64,000 nt of DNA from Octopus bimaculoides (taxonomy: Eukaryota), in NCBI RefSeq assembly GCF_001194135.2, contig NC_068982.1:184213192-184277191 (forward strand), written 5' to 3'. Positions 1 through 9,885 of the stretch are shown piece by piece (position 1 is the stretch's first letter; the number at the start of each line of letters is the position of its first letter). The translations under genes and the position numbers were made by a program. The notes beneath the pieces are model-generated. The model had not been told where the DNA came from. It made no database searches and was given only the letters and a program-made list of their open reading frames with translations.

Positions 1-45
<45 letters not shown>

Positions 46-90
46 TACGATATTACATTACAACATACACAGTGTTATTAAGGCACCGAA

Positions 91-298
91 CCCGGCTGAA
101 TGATTAACACGCTGGGTAAAATGCTTAGCGGCATTTCGTCCGTCCTTACGTTCTGACTTCGAATTCCGTCGAAGTCAACATTACCTTCCATCCTCTCGGG
201 ATCAGTAAAATAATTACCAGTCGAGTACTGGGATCGATGTAATCATCTAAACCACTCCCCCGAAATCATTGGCCTTGTGCTAAAGCTTGAAGCCAATA
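91..298 (+). mobile_element. tRNA-derived SINE family A, degenerate copy
   Basis: Aligns by eye to the copies at 17765-17975 and 61121-61350 (ATGCTTAGCGGCATTTCGTC...GTTCTGA.TTC.AATTCCG...). Confidence 0.75.
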
Positions 299-333
299 TA
301 TATTGCATTATAATATAATATAATATGATATAA

Positions 334-1640
334 TATGTCAAGACCATTAAGATTGAAATGTCCGATTTTGAATTGAAACTTTTACTTTATCTCAACAAAA
401 AACAATGCAGTTAATTAAAGTATGCGCTTAAATTATCAACACAATTTTACCATTTTATCGGTAGCTTATTTATACCGGCAGCGAAGAATTCTGGAGAGCA
501 GATGGTAATGAAATCACGAAAGGCTGTTTTTTGCATCATCTTCAGATTTGAAGATTTTTCCCTGCAAAAAGTTGTCTAATGCCTGGAAAACGTAACAGTC
601 AGTTGGTGAAAGTTCTGGTGAATACGGTGGATGACAGAGTACTTCCAAGTTCAGTTTTTGTAACTCGAGTAGCATTCTTTGGGCAACATGTGGTCGAGCA
701 TTGTCTTGCATGTCTCTATTGACCAATCTCAGCTGTTTAATTGCAAGTTCGCTCATCGTTTCATCCAATTCGTTGATGTATACATCCGCTGTATACATCC
801 GCTGTATACATCCGCTGTATACATCCGCTGTATACATAATAAAGCTGTAGCGGATGACACCAGCGCTGGACCACCAAACAGACACTATTAGCTATTTTTG
901 GTGAACATTGTTTTTTTGGATTGTGTTTTGGCACTTCGTCTCTATCCAACCACCGTGCAGAATGCTTGCTATTGTTGAAAAGAATCCATTTTTCATCGCA
1001 CGTAACAATACGATGCAAAAATAGTTCGCTTTTATGCTGTGACAGTAAAGAACAGCAAGTTTCAAGATGACGTGTCATTTGATGCTCGTTCAGTTCGTAT
1101 GGTACCCACTTGTCCAGCTTCTTTACCTTGCCGATTTGTTTCAAATGGTCCAATACAGTTGGAATCGAAACATCAAACCTTACTGTTAACTCACGTGTAG
1201 TATGAGATGTATCCGCTTCCACTACAGTTTCCAGCTCATCATTATCCACTTTGGTCCCAGGTCTACCATGGGGCTGATTTACAAGAGTAAAGTCACCAGA
1301 CCGGAACATCTCAGACTATCGACGTACAGTGTGCTCATTCGCCACATCTTCACCAAATACCTCATTGGTGTTTCGAGCTGTTGTGATGCATTGATTCCAC
1401 GACGGAACTCACATTCATAAACAACACGAATTTTTTTATCTATCCATAAGTTCACAGAAATTTATTTACAAGAGAAAACTCACAATATAATCAGACACCA
1501 AGAATTGTATTTCAAAAAGTGATGTTATAACTCTTCAATATTGTAAAACAAAAAACTGTCAGGATAAAATATTAGAGTTAACTACTGTCAAACTTGGTGC
1601 ATAAGAAAATTGGACATTTCATTCTTAATGACCTGATATA
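334..1640 (-). mobile_element. Full-length but dead mariner (DD34D) DNA transposon, about 1.3 kb
   Basis: Transposase start at 1447. Motifs WVPYEL, TCDEKW, DNARPH and HPPYSPELSPTD with exactly 34 residues between the last two Asp; frameshifts and stops. Imperfect TIRs at about 336-369 (TCAAGACCATTAAGATTGAAATGTCCGATTTT) and 1606-1638 (reverse complement TATCAGGTCATTAAGAATGAAATGTCCAATTTT). Confidence 0.9.
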
Positions 1641-1817
1641 TTATAACATATATTATAATGGGCATGAAAACAATTGTAGCTGAATTTGAGTTTGATAGTG
1701 TTCAGAATTGTATTATGTTCTAATAAATTGATGTCTATGTGCCAATTTCTTCGTTTTCTTTTTCTCATACATACATACATACATACATACGTACATATAT
1801 ATATGTGTGTGTGTATG

Positions 1818-1890
<73 letters not shown>

Positions 1891-1974
1891 TGATGTAACT
1901 CTTCAATGTTGTAAAACAAAGAAGTCGGGATAAAACATTCCACAGGTACATACATGCTCTCACATACACACGCA

Positions 1975-2240
1975 TTCGCACCTTCGTTTTGGGATCACCA
2001 CTACTTTATTATCTCCCCTTCTTCCTGGCTCTTCTGTGTGAAACCCTCTGTCTGACATTCGCCATGATAGATCGCTAGCCACTAAACCTTTTTCTATTTT
2101 TTCTCCCTGCTTATTTTTGTGTTCTTTCTGTCGAAGAGCGTAGGCTCGAAACGTAAAAGACTTTTTCACTTCCCGAGCGTTAAACTAATACATCTGTTTG
2201 TTGTTTACACACCCGTCTTCGTCTTTCTTTTTGTAAATTC

Positions 2241-2243
<3 letters not shown>
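1975..2243 (+). mobile_element. Penelope-like element terminal repeat fragment with hammerhead-like motif
   Basis: TCTTT-CTGTCGA-A-GAGC-GTAG-GCTC-GAAAC-GTA-AAAGA at 2123-2160 has minimal type I hammerhead geometry, as known for PLE termini; abuts (TA)n. Confidence 0.55.
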
Positions 2244-2296
<53 letters not shown>

Positions 2297-3570
2297 ATAT
2301 ATAATATAAATAATATCTATATAGTAAATATTATAACTTTTCTTAAAGTTCAATGCTAAACATACCAATCCTTAGATTGATGTCATTCCAGTGAAAGTTT
2401 TGTCTCGAAAGACTGTTTTATTTCAGTGTTATATTTATTATTAAGTTGTTTTTATTTATTTATTTATTGTTGTTTTTTTGTCTGCCTGTATTCAATTTCC
2501 GTTTGGGCATGTGCATTATGAAATGGCAATGGAGGAGGATATCAGATAGCATACACACAGACGCCTGTATTTACAAACAACACAGACGCCTGTATTTACA
2601 AACACACACTCGAATAGACACACATATACATATACATATACGAATAGACACACATATACACCCAGTCAGCAGCACAGTTTTATGCATTTAATTAGCGCCT
2701 ATTGTTCCTCTGAAATTAGCTAGGAGGAATTTGTTAACATGTTTCCATTTAATGAAAATTCTGGATTTTTAAAATTTTCTTTCTTTTTTTTTTTTTTTGT
2801 TAGGTATAATCATTTGGAGACTTGAGTTGATTTAAAATGAAATCTTGGAACTTTCGTAATGTGGTTTATTTTAGGTTGAGAATTGTTTTGATGAGGAATT
2901 CCTTTGCAATCTGTAAGTTCCTGCCGTTTCGGCCTGTACCTTTGGTGATAACAATATAATTTTGACCGATGGTGAATCTGTGTATGTTTGAGAGGTGGGG
3001 GTTAAGTTGGATAGGTTATAGTGGATGTGTGTGTGTGTGTGTTATGTGCGTGTGCGTGTGCGTTTATGTGTGTGTGTAGGGGGTGTTCTTTGATTCAGAA
3101 ATCAGTTGATGAATGGAGATGCTAACAGCGGATCAGTTGCATTTAGGTCACCATTCTATTTAATAGCACATGTTCGTTTTGCAGATGGGACAGTGTTGGC
3201 TAGTAGGCATAGCAGATAGTGGGATAAAGAAGTGCATATTTAGCCTCTCTCTCCCTCTCTCTCTCTCTCTCTCTCCCCCTCTCTCTCTCTCTCTCTCTCT
3301 CTCTCNNNNNNNNNNNNNNNNNNNNNNNNNNNNNNNNNNNNNNNNNNNNNNNNNNNNNNNNNNNNNNNNNNNNNNNNNNNNNNNNNNNNNNNNNNNNNNN
3401 NNNNNNNNNNNNNNNNNNNNNNNNNNNNNNNNNNNNTCTCCCTCTCTCTCTCCCTCTCTCTCCCTCTCTCTCCCTATCTCTCGCTCTCTCTCTCCCTCTC
3501 TCTCTCCCTTTCTCTTTGTACACACACACACAGAGACACACACACACATATACATATATATATATATATA

Positions 3571-3632
<62 letters not shown>

Positions 3633-3949
3633 CATTCGTATACACACATACAGCACACACACATATGTATGGTCTATTGTCCAGTTCATCTAGGTGTATA
3701 TATCACTCAGCGTGGTTATAATTCATTGTGTTGTGGTCTTACCAAAACATTTTAACCACTGACAGTCCAGTCCATCATGCTGTACATATAGACACCTTAG
3801 TATATTCATAGACACTGTACTGCATCTTTGATCACGATCAGTTCATCTAATGGTTAGTTAATTCTACATTATGGTATAGTTGATCATAGTGAGTCCAAGA
3901 CTAAGGCACTTAGCTGCTATAAGTCTCGTACCCATCGTTATAAGTATGC

Positions 3950-4460
3950 ACAGTACTGTACCAGCGAGGAAGCCTGTATCCTGCATCCGTTGTCGTCTTC
4001 TCCGCTGGGTTGTCCATGTAATCCGGATGCTGGGTAACCGGCTCCCAAAGATGGTGCTCTTCAGTGAGATAGGGACTGGAGGTTAGGCTCATGAACATCC
4101 AAAACTTCGTTTTCAGGATCATCTCAAGCGAACTCTCATTATATGCGATCTCTCCCAGTTGGTTGGAATCTCTGGCTGTTGATTGGAAAGCATGGAGGTC
4201 CGTGTGAGATGCGGGAGTGGAGCGCTTTGAAATTGGACGCAGGAGACTGCATGAAGGGAGGAGACGTTGTCATCAACTCCTGCGGCTGTTGTTCAGGGTC
4301 GCTTTCAGTTCCCTCAGTGCCACAGGATCTGCCTATCTCATACCAGTCATGTCAGTCACGCCTGCTCCAATAGGAGACATTGTGCCGCAGAGGAAGACGA
4401 ATGTCCTAGATCGACGCCGTCAACCTTTGATGGGCCGTCATCAGTAGTAAGCAAAGACTA
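3950..4460 (+). mobile_element. RTE-like LINE 3' fragment (decayed)
   Basis: LLRWVVHVIRMLGNRLPKMVLFSE (RTE C-terminal W.GHV.RM...RLPK..L..E motif), followed by a C-terminal Cys/His segment QCHRICLSHTSHVSH; frameshifted. Confidence 0.7.
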
Positions 4461-5758
4461 AGACACCCAGTTGTCATCAGCTCTGTCCACTTCGCATATG
4501 TAAGTACCACAGTGAGGTATAGTAAACTGTTGTAAAAAGTGGTACAGATTAATGAAATCAACCTTTTGTTAGGTAATGGTGTGAAAACTAAAGAGATGCT
4601 AAAATTATTCTGGACTCACAATTATATCCAAGTGTGAAGTTGTTAGTCACAGTGATTGTGTATACACGTAAGTATAGTTTCACAGTATCCATAGTCTATG
4701 CTCATGTTTTAGATTGCTAAGTTGATAATAGCGACTATAACGCTGTTAGTTCATATCACATAACCAGTACGGACCTGGATCAACGGTCATGACACTGGTG
4801 GCTTAGTATAGTTTGCTGTAAATATTTAGTTTGCTGTGCATCAGGGACCGTTCAATACACAATCTTTTGTGATGTAGTGTTACCTGTACTGTATCAATGA
4901 CCAGCGGTAAAGCCTTCATCCTTTGTCGTCTTCTCCGCAGGGTTGGCCGTGTAATCCGGATGCTGACGAACCAGCTCCCAAAGATAGTACTCTTCGGCTG
5001 CTAGAATGAAAAACAATTGTCAGCTCGAAACTGTGAGCGTAAAGGGATATTACTAAATACTTTAATGCTCTCTCCCATTTTCTATCATGGGTGACATTCA
5101 TGTCATTATTAAGACGGTTTCAGTCGGGATTACATTTCTTGATACATTTCTGGGGAATTAACGTTCCCCCAAAATTTAGCCCGATGTATCAAGATCCCCA
5201 CAAAATATAAAGTATGAATCTACCCCTAAAATATAAAGTGCCAATGTACTTTATAACCTGCAAATATAAGACGTGTATGCAACCNNNNNNNNNNNNNNNN
5301 NNNNNNNNNNNNNNNNNNNNNNNNNNNNNNNNNNNNNNNNNNNNNNNNNNNNNNNNNNNNNNNNNNNNNNNNNNNNNNNNNNNNNNNNNNNNNNNNNNNN
5401 NNNNNNNNNNNNNNNNNNNNNNNNNNNNNNNNNNNNNNNNNNNNNNNNNNNNNNNNNNNNNNNNTATATATATATATATATATACATTGCAAGGTGTTAA
5501 TTTATAAACAAAAATTCATTTGCAAGACAATAAAACATTTGAGAAAATACTTTTTCGGGAATTTATTCCAAAATATCCATTATTAAACATTTTATTAGTT
5601 TATTAACATATATCTCCTCACTTGTACATAAATAAATCTACTCGCTTATTTCAATATTCATTATTATCATCATAAAATCATTAGTAGCAATAATAATTAT
5701 AAAGGTTGCATTAATTGTTATTTTTTAAATTAGTAGTTGCAGTACTTGTACCATTCTT

Positions 5759-6406
5759 TTACAATCGATGGAGAGTTGAAAGAGCGTTCTTCCATATATA
5801 TTGGTTAAACTTGGCACCGGATATATATATTACTGTCATCATAGGCCACATGGACAAAAAGAAGAGCAAGCGAGAATTGAATTTAAATGAGTCGAGAAAT
5901 AGATAGACCCAAGAGCCAGTGTTTGTCCTCAGAAACAAAACAGTTGTCTGATAGGAAGTTGTAATCATGACAATTCCAATGAGATGAGCCAGGACCTGGA
6001 AATAAGGATGGTAAACCAGGAATTTCTCAATGAGAACCATAAAGAGAGGAAGAGAATGTATTATGTGGTTGTTAACATCTCTTAACAGGTCAATAATAAA
6101 TTCAGTGTCCATAAAAAATATACTCCAGAAGATCACGGAGACAAAGATGCCCATTGGGAAGACGATCGAATTGAAGTAGTGCGTCAGGATTTCTCGGAAG
6201 ATTCTGTGGTTTGATTTCAACGAAAGGATAATATCATAGACTAAACTCAATAAGAAGAAAAGCCACAATATCCATTGATTCCATAAACTCAATACATTTA
6301 AGTTATGCGTGATAATATACCAATTGTGCCATTTATTCTTCAGTATTCCATACGTCAGCACAAAAAAACAAGTTGAGTGAAATAATAGACGAACCTTTAA
6401 TGCCAT
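5759..6406 (-). CDS. AIG1-like: AIG1/ADTRP (FAR-17a) family membrane hydrolase, copy 1 (215 aa, single exon, Ser at the nucleophile position)
   Basis: Uninterrupted hydrophobic ORF. Family motifs recognisable against human AIG1/ADTRP: N-terminal L-x-F-H, NVLS-LWN (AIG1 KFLT-FID), FPMGIFV..FW..F.D (AIG1 FPVGVFV..FW..Y.D), NHIIH-SLP..VLIE (AIG1 NHGMH-TTV..ILIE), GSWVYLFLD (AIG1 GMWVYPFLE) and C-terminal G...NQYIW. Ser40 codon AGT at 6289-6287; His117 codon CAT at 6058-6056. Confidence 0.9.
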   Translation of the reverse strand: MALKVRLLFHSTCFFVLTYGILKNKWHNWYIITHNLNVLSLWNQWILWLFFLLSLVYDIILSLKSNHRIFREILTHYFNSIVFPMGIFVSVIFWSIFFMDTEFIIDLLRDVNNHIIHSLPLFMVLIEKFLVYHPYFQVLAHLIGIVMITTSYQTTVLFLRTNTGSWVYLFLDSFKFNSRLLFFLSMWPMMTVIYISGAKFNQYIWKNALSTLHRL

Positions 6407-6850
6407 TTCCGTAACGTATCAATTGCTTTATCCAAACTGTTCACTAGATAATGTTCTTTTGAATTAATATACGAGCAATTAGTGTTTTACACAATATATA
6501 TATATAAATACTTTTTCTTTTTTGTATGTAAGTGCTTCTGTAACGTAATTTTCTAGCTATCATAAATAACAGGAACCAGATGAAGTAAGAAGATTCAAAG
6601 TAAAAAACTGATAGACATAATATCTTTTTATCAGTTGATTTCTTTGTCGATTTGTTTTCTTTTATCTATTTTAGGCTCGATTCTTCTTGGCTTTATATTT
6701 TAGTGTAACTTCTATTTCAACCTCATTTTTCTCTTCGCCATTTTCATTTGATCCAAGTTCTAACGCAGAGTCACGAAGCTCTGATATATCGACTACTGGT
6801 GACGTCATAAAAGACACCTACTTTAGAAAGTCACTTGATTCGTGACGTTA
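6407..6850 (-). promoter_or_regulatory. Conserved upstream module of AIG1-like copy 1
   Basis: TGACGTCA at 6800-6807, second TGACGT at 6843-6848, CGCCATTTT (YY1-like) near 6736-6744, TAACGTAA at 6541-6548. Alignable to the upstream regions of copies 2 and 3. Confidence 0.6.
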
Positions 6851-7444
6851 TAATTTAGATATAGATATCAATAGATAAATGTTTTCGTCTGTTTTCTTCT
6901 CTTTCGAAAATTTTCAAATAAATAATCGCATTCTTTTTTACGATCGTTTATTTTTATTTATATATTTATATATATAGTTTTAATATAAAATGTCGGTACT
7001 TCTTTTCTGGGGTCCTGTGAAAAAGAAATTATTGACTGAAGTAGGTGGTTTTCAGATAGAAAAATGAAATGCTTCTTCTGTGTCAAAAAAGCGAAAGTGT
7101 TTTTTTTCCCTTCCAAAAAGCGAAAGTGTCTTTGATAGGGAGACGTGAAAGTGTTTTTATGAACTATAATTTTAATGTTTTCTGTGATACACGTCCAATA
7201 TTACATGAACTCGATGATTTGAAGAAGAGATAGTTTGCCTTGGGAAATGTGTTGGCAAAGACAATTTCTTACAACTTCTCCGAACTTTACATCCTCATCA
7301 AAACCAGGTCAAAACAAATGCGACAATGAAGGCTGTAATTTTACTGATATGAATCTGTTTCATATCACATGGCCACGTGACCGACCAGACTATCACATAA
7401 TGACGCCACCTCGCTGGTTAGGTGAGCAGGCTAACACACCCCCT

Positions 7445-7582
7445 TGAACGAAAGGAGACTGGAACAACGTGAAATGAAATGTTTTGCTCATGGAAACGAC
7501 GCGCCGTCCGGTCTGAGAATCGAACCCACGATCTTGCCATCATGTGTGCAACAGCCTAACTACTAGATCATGCACCTTCACT
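7445..7582 (-). mobile_element. tRNA-derived SINE (family B-related short form)
   Basis: Reverse complement shows a B-box (GGTTCGATTCTC) and the body CATTTCATTTCACGTTGTTCCAGT shared with 36558-36800 and 61390-61532. Confidence 0.65.
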
Positions 7583-8647
7583 GTCTCGTATATTTACTGT
7601 TAATTGTTTACACTCTTTTCTTCTACTAATATTCAATACACATGAGTAATAAATAACTTTGCTCTCGACATTAACTAAGAACGAATCTAACTTTAATGAC
7701 ATCACCACGCTGGATGCGAGCTGCCACTAGTTTCATTTTGAAAACAACTGACTTTTGAAAAACTATCTTATTTTTAACAGTGCAAGCGTAATATCGTAAC
7801 GAAACATTTCTCACGATAGCCTTGAGAACTCACGTGGTTGCGAAAGAAATTAACCGCCCAGTCACACTTGTGTTAAAAGACACATCTTTCATGTAAATTT
7901 TAAATATATTAATACATATTGGCAGATCATGTACCCTCATTTTCTTTTGCTTTCTGGGGAAAATTTCTTTATGATGCTGAAAAAAAAGACGCTTGCCCAT
8001 GGTCCCACACAGTGGGATTGAAGTCGGAACCAGTTGGTTGGGAAATGTACGTACGTACGTACGTATGTATGTATGTATGTATGTATGTATGTATGTATGT
8101 ATGTATGTATGTATGTATGCATGTATGTATGTATGGATGTATGGATGGATGTATGCATGCATGCATGTATACATGCATGTATGCATGTATGTATGTATAT
8201 ATGTATGTATATATGTATGTATGTATGCATGAATGTATGCATGCATGTATGCATGTATGTATGTATATATGTATGTATATATGTATGTTCCGGATTAAGG
8301 TCCCTAAGAGAGAAAATAATTTACAAGACGATTCATAATTTTTGAAATCATTTTCAGGGCATTTATTCCTAAATAAGAAATCAACATTCTGTCAGTTTGT
8401 ATTACTTCACTTACAAAGACCATGAGCACAGCACTTTCTTCCGGCTTAAACTGTGTAAAAGAGACAAAAACAAATGTATCTACATACAACTGTTGCCCGT
8501 TTACCTCAATACACTTCTTTCTCCTCATCATCATCAGCATCAACATCATGATGATCAATGATGATGATGATGATGATGATAAATAATAGCACGGATTGTA
8601 TTATTGCATTTAAGATAGTAGCAGCAGTACTTGTAATTAATGTTAAT

Positions 8648-9304
8648 TTACGATTGAGTCAAGCTTGAAAGAGCGTTCTTCCATATTAATTCATTGATTT
8701 TGGCACCGGATATATATACTGCTGCAATCATAGGCCACATAGATAAAAAGAAGAACAAGCGAGAATTGAACTTGGATGAATCGAAGACTAGATAGGCCCA
8801 AGAGACAGTATTTGTTCTCAAAAATAAAACTGTTGCTTGGTAGGCGGCTGTAATAACAACGATTCCGATGAGGTGAACTACAATTTGGAAATAAGGATGG
8901 TAGACTAGAAATTTCTCAATGAGAACTAAAATGAAAGGAAAGCAGTGTATGATGGGGTTATTCACGTCTGAGAACAGTGCCATTGCAATTTCTCTGTCGA
9001 TCAAAGATATAAGCCAGAAGGTGACGAAATCAAAGGAGCCTATTGAGAAGACGATTGAATTGAAGTAGTGTGTGAGGAGCTGTCGGAAAATCCTTTGGTT
9101 AGACCTTAACAAAAGGATAATATCGTAAAGAACGCTCAATCCGAAGAAACTCCACATAATCCATAAATTCCATTTCGTCAATATATTCAAGTTGTGCAAG
9201 ATTCCAAAGTACTTCTTCCCTTTCATCAGATGCAATGCAAACATCAACATTACGACAGAGATGATGTGAAAAACTAGACGAATCACTAACGACATTTTGC
9301 TCAT
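8648..9304 (-). CDS. AIG1-like: AIG1/ADTRP family membrane hydrolase, copy 2 (218 aa, single exon, most divergent)
   Basis: Colinear without gaps to copy 1 (130/215 identical by manual count). Thr43 (ACG, 9178-9176) and His120 (CAC, 8947-8945) retained; DRE motif as in AIG1. Met4 aligns with the start of the other copies. Confidence 0.88.
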   Translation of the reverse strand: MSKMSLVIRLVFHIISVVMLMFALHLMKGKKYFGILHNLNILTKWNLWIMWSFFGLSVLYDIILLLRSNQRIFRQLLTHYFNSIVFSIGSFDFVTFWLISLIDREIAMALFSDVNNPIIHCFPFILVLIEKFLVYHPYFQIVVHLIGIVVITAAYQATVLFLRTNTVSWAYLVFDSSKFNSRLFFFLSMWPMIAAVYISGAKINELIWKNALSSLTQS

Positions 9305-9730
9305 GTATCGATTGCTTATCCAAACTGTTCTCTAATAAATAATGTTCTGAATTGACACTTCAATAATTATTGTCCAACGCAATGTTTAGTTTTTGGTTGT
9401 GGGTGCTTTCTGTTATGTAATTTTCTGTCTATCATAGACAACAGGCAACAAATGAGTGTTAAAATTCAAAGCAAACATGTGATAGACATAAAACGTGTGG
9501 TCGTTGTACTTCCCTCTTTTTATTACATGGTGTCCTAGGCATTTCTTTTATTCCTTTCCCTTTTAGATTCAGACCTCCGGGGGGTTTGTGTCTTTTAATA
9601 AAACTTTATTTTCACCATTTTCATTAGATTCAAGTTTCAATACAATGTAGCGAAAGTTTGAGATGTCGACTACTGGTGACGTCATAGAAGACACACTTTT
9701 TGGAAATTCACCTGATTCATGACGTTGTCT
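9305..9730 (-). promoter_or_regulatory. Conserved upstream module of AIG1-like copy 2
   Basis: TGACGTCA at 9677-9684, TGACGT at 9720-9725, TTATGTAA (D-box consensus) at 9413-9420, CACCATTTTCATT near 9613. Confidence 0.6.
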
Positions 9731-9848
9731 TTAACTTTTAAACGAACTTAAGTATTGCGGTGGGTGGGTGGTGGAGGTGGTGGTGGTGGTGGTGGGGAAT
9801 ATAAATTCTGAAAATGAAATAAAAACTGCGGTGATCTACTAATGAAAA

Positions 9849-9885
<37 letters not shown>

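Noticed and set aside
5138-5193. Small nested hairpin (CTTGATACAT...GGGGAA-TTCCCC...ATGTATCAAG) downstream of copy 1
   Set aside because: Short arms, no counterpart downstream of copies 2 and 3, and probably part of a decayed repeat next to a gap.
6430-6470. Conserved GAACAG/TTTG just upstream of each AIG1-like ATG as a possible splice acceptor joining the upstream ORF to the CDS
   Set aside because: No polypyrimidine tract, no conserved donor in the upstream ORF, and the CDS already aligns with AIG1/ADTRP from its own Met. A 5'-UTR intron cannot be excluded without cDNA.
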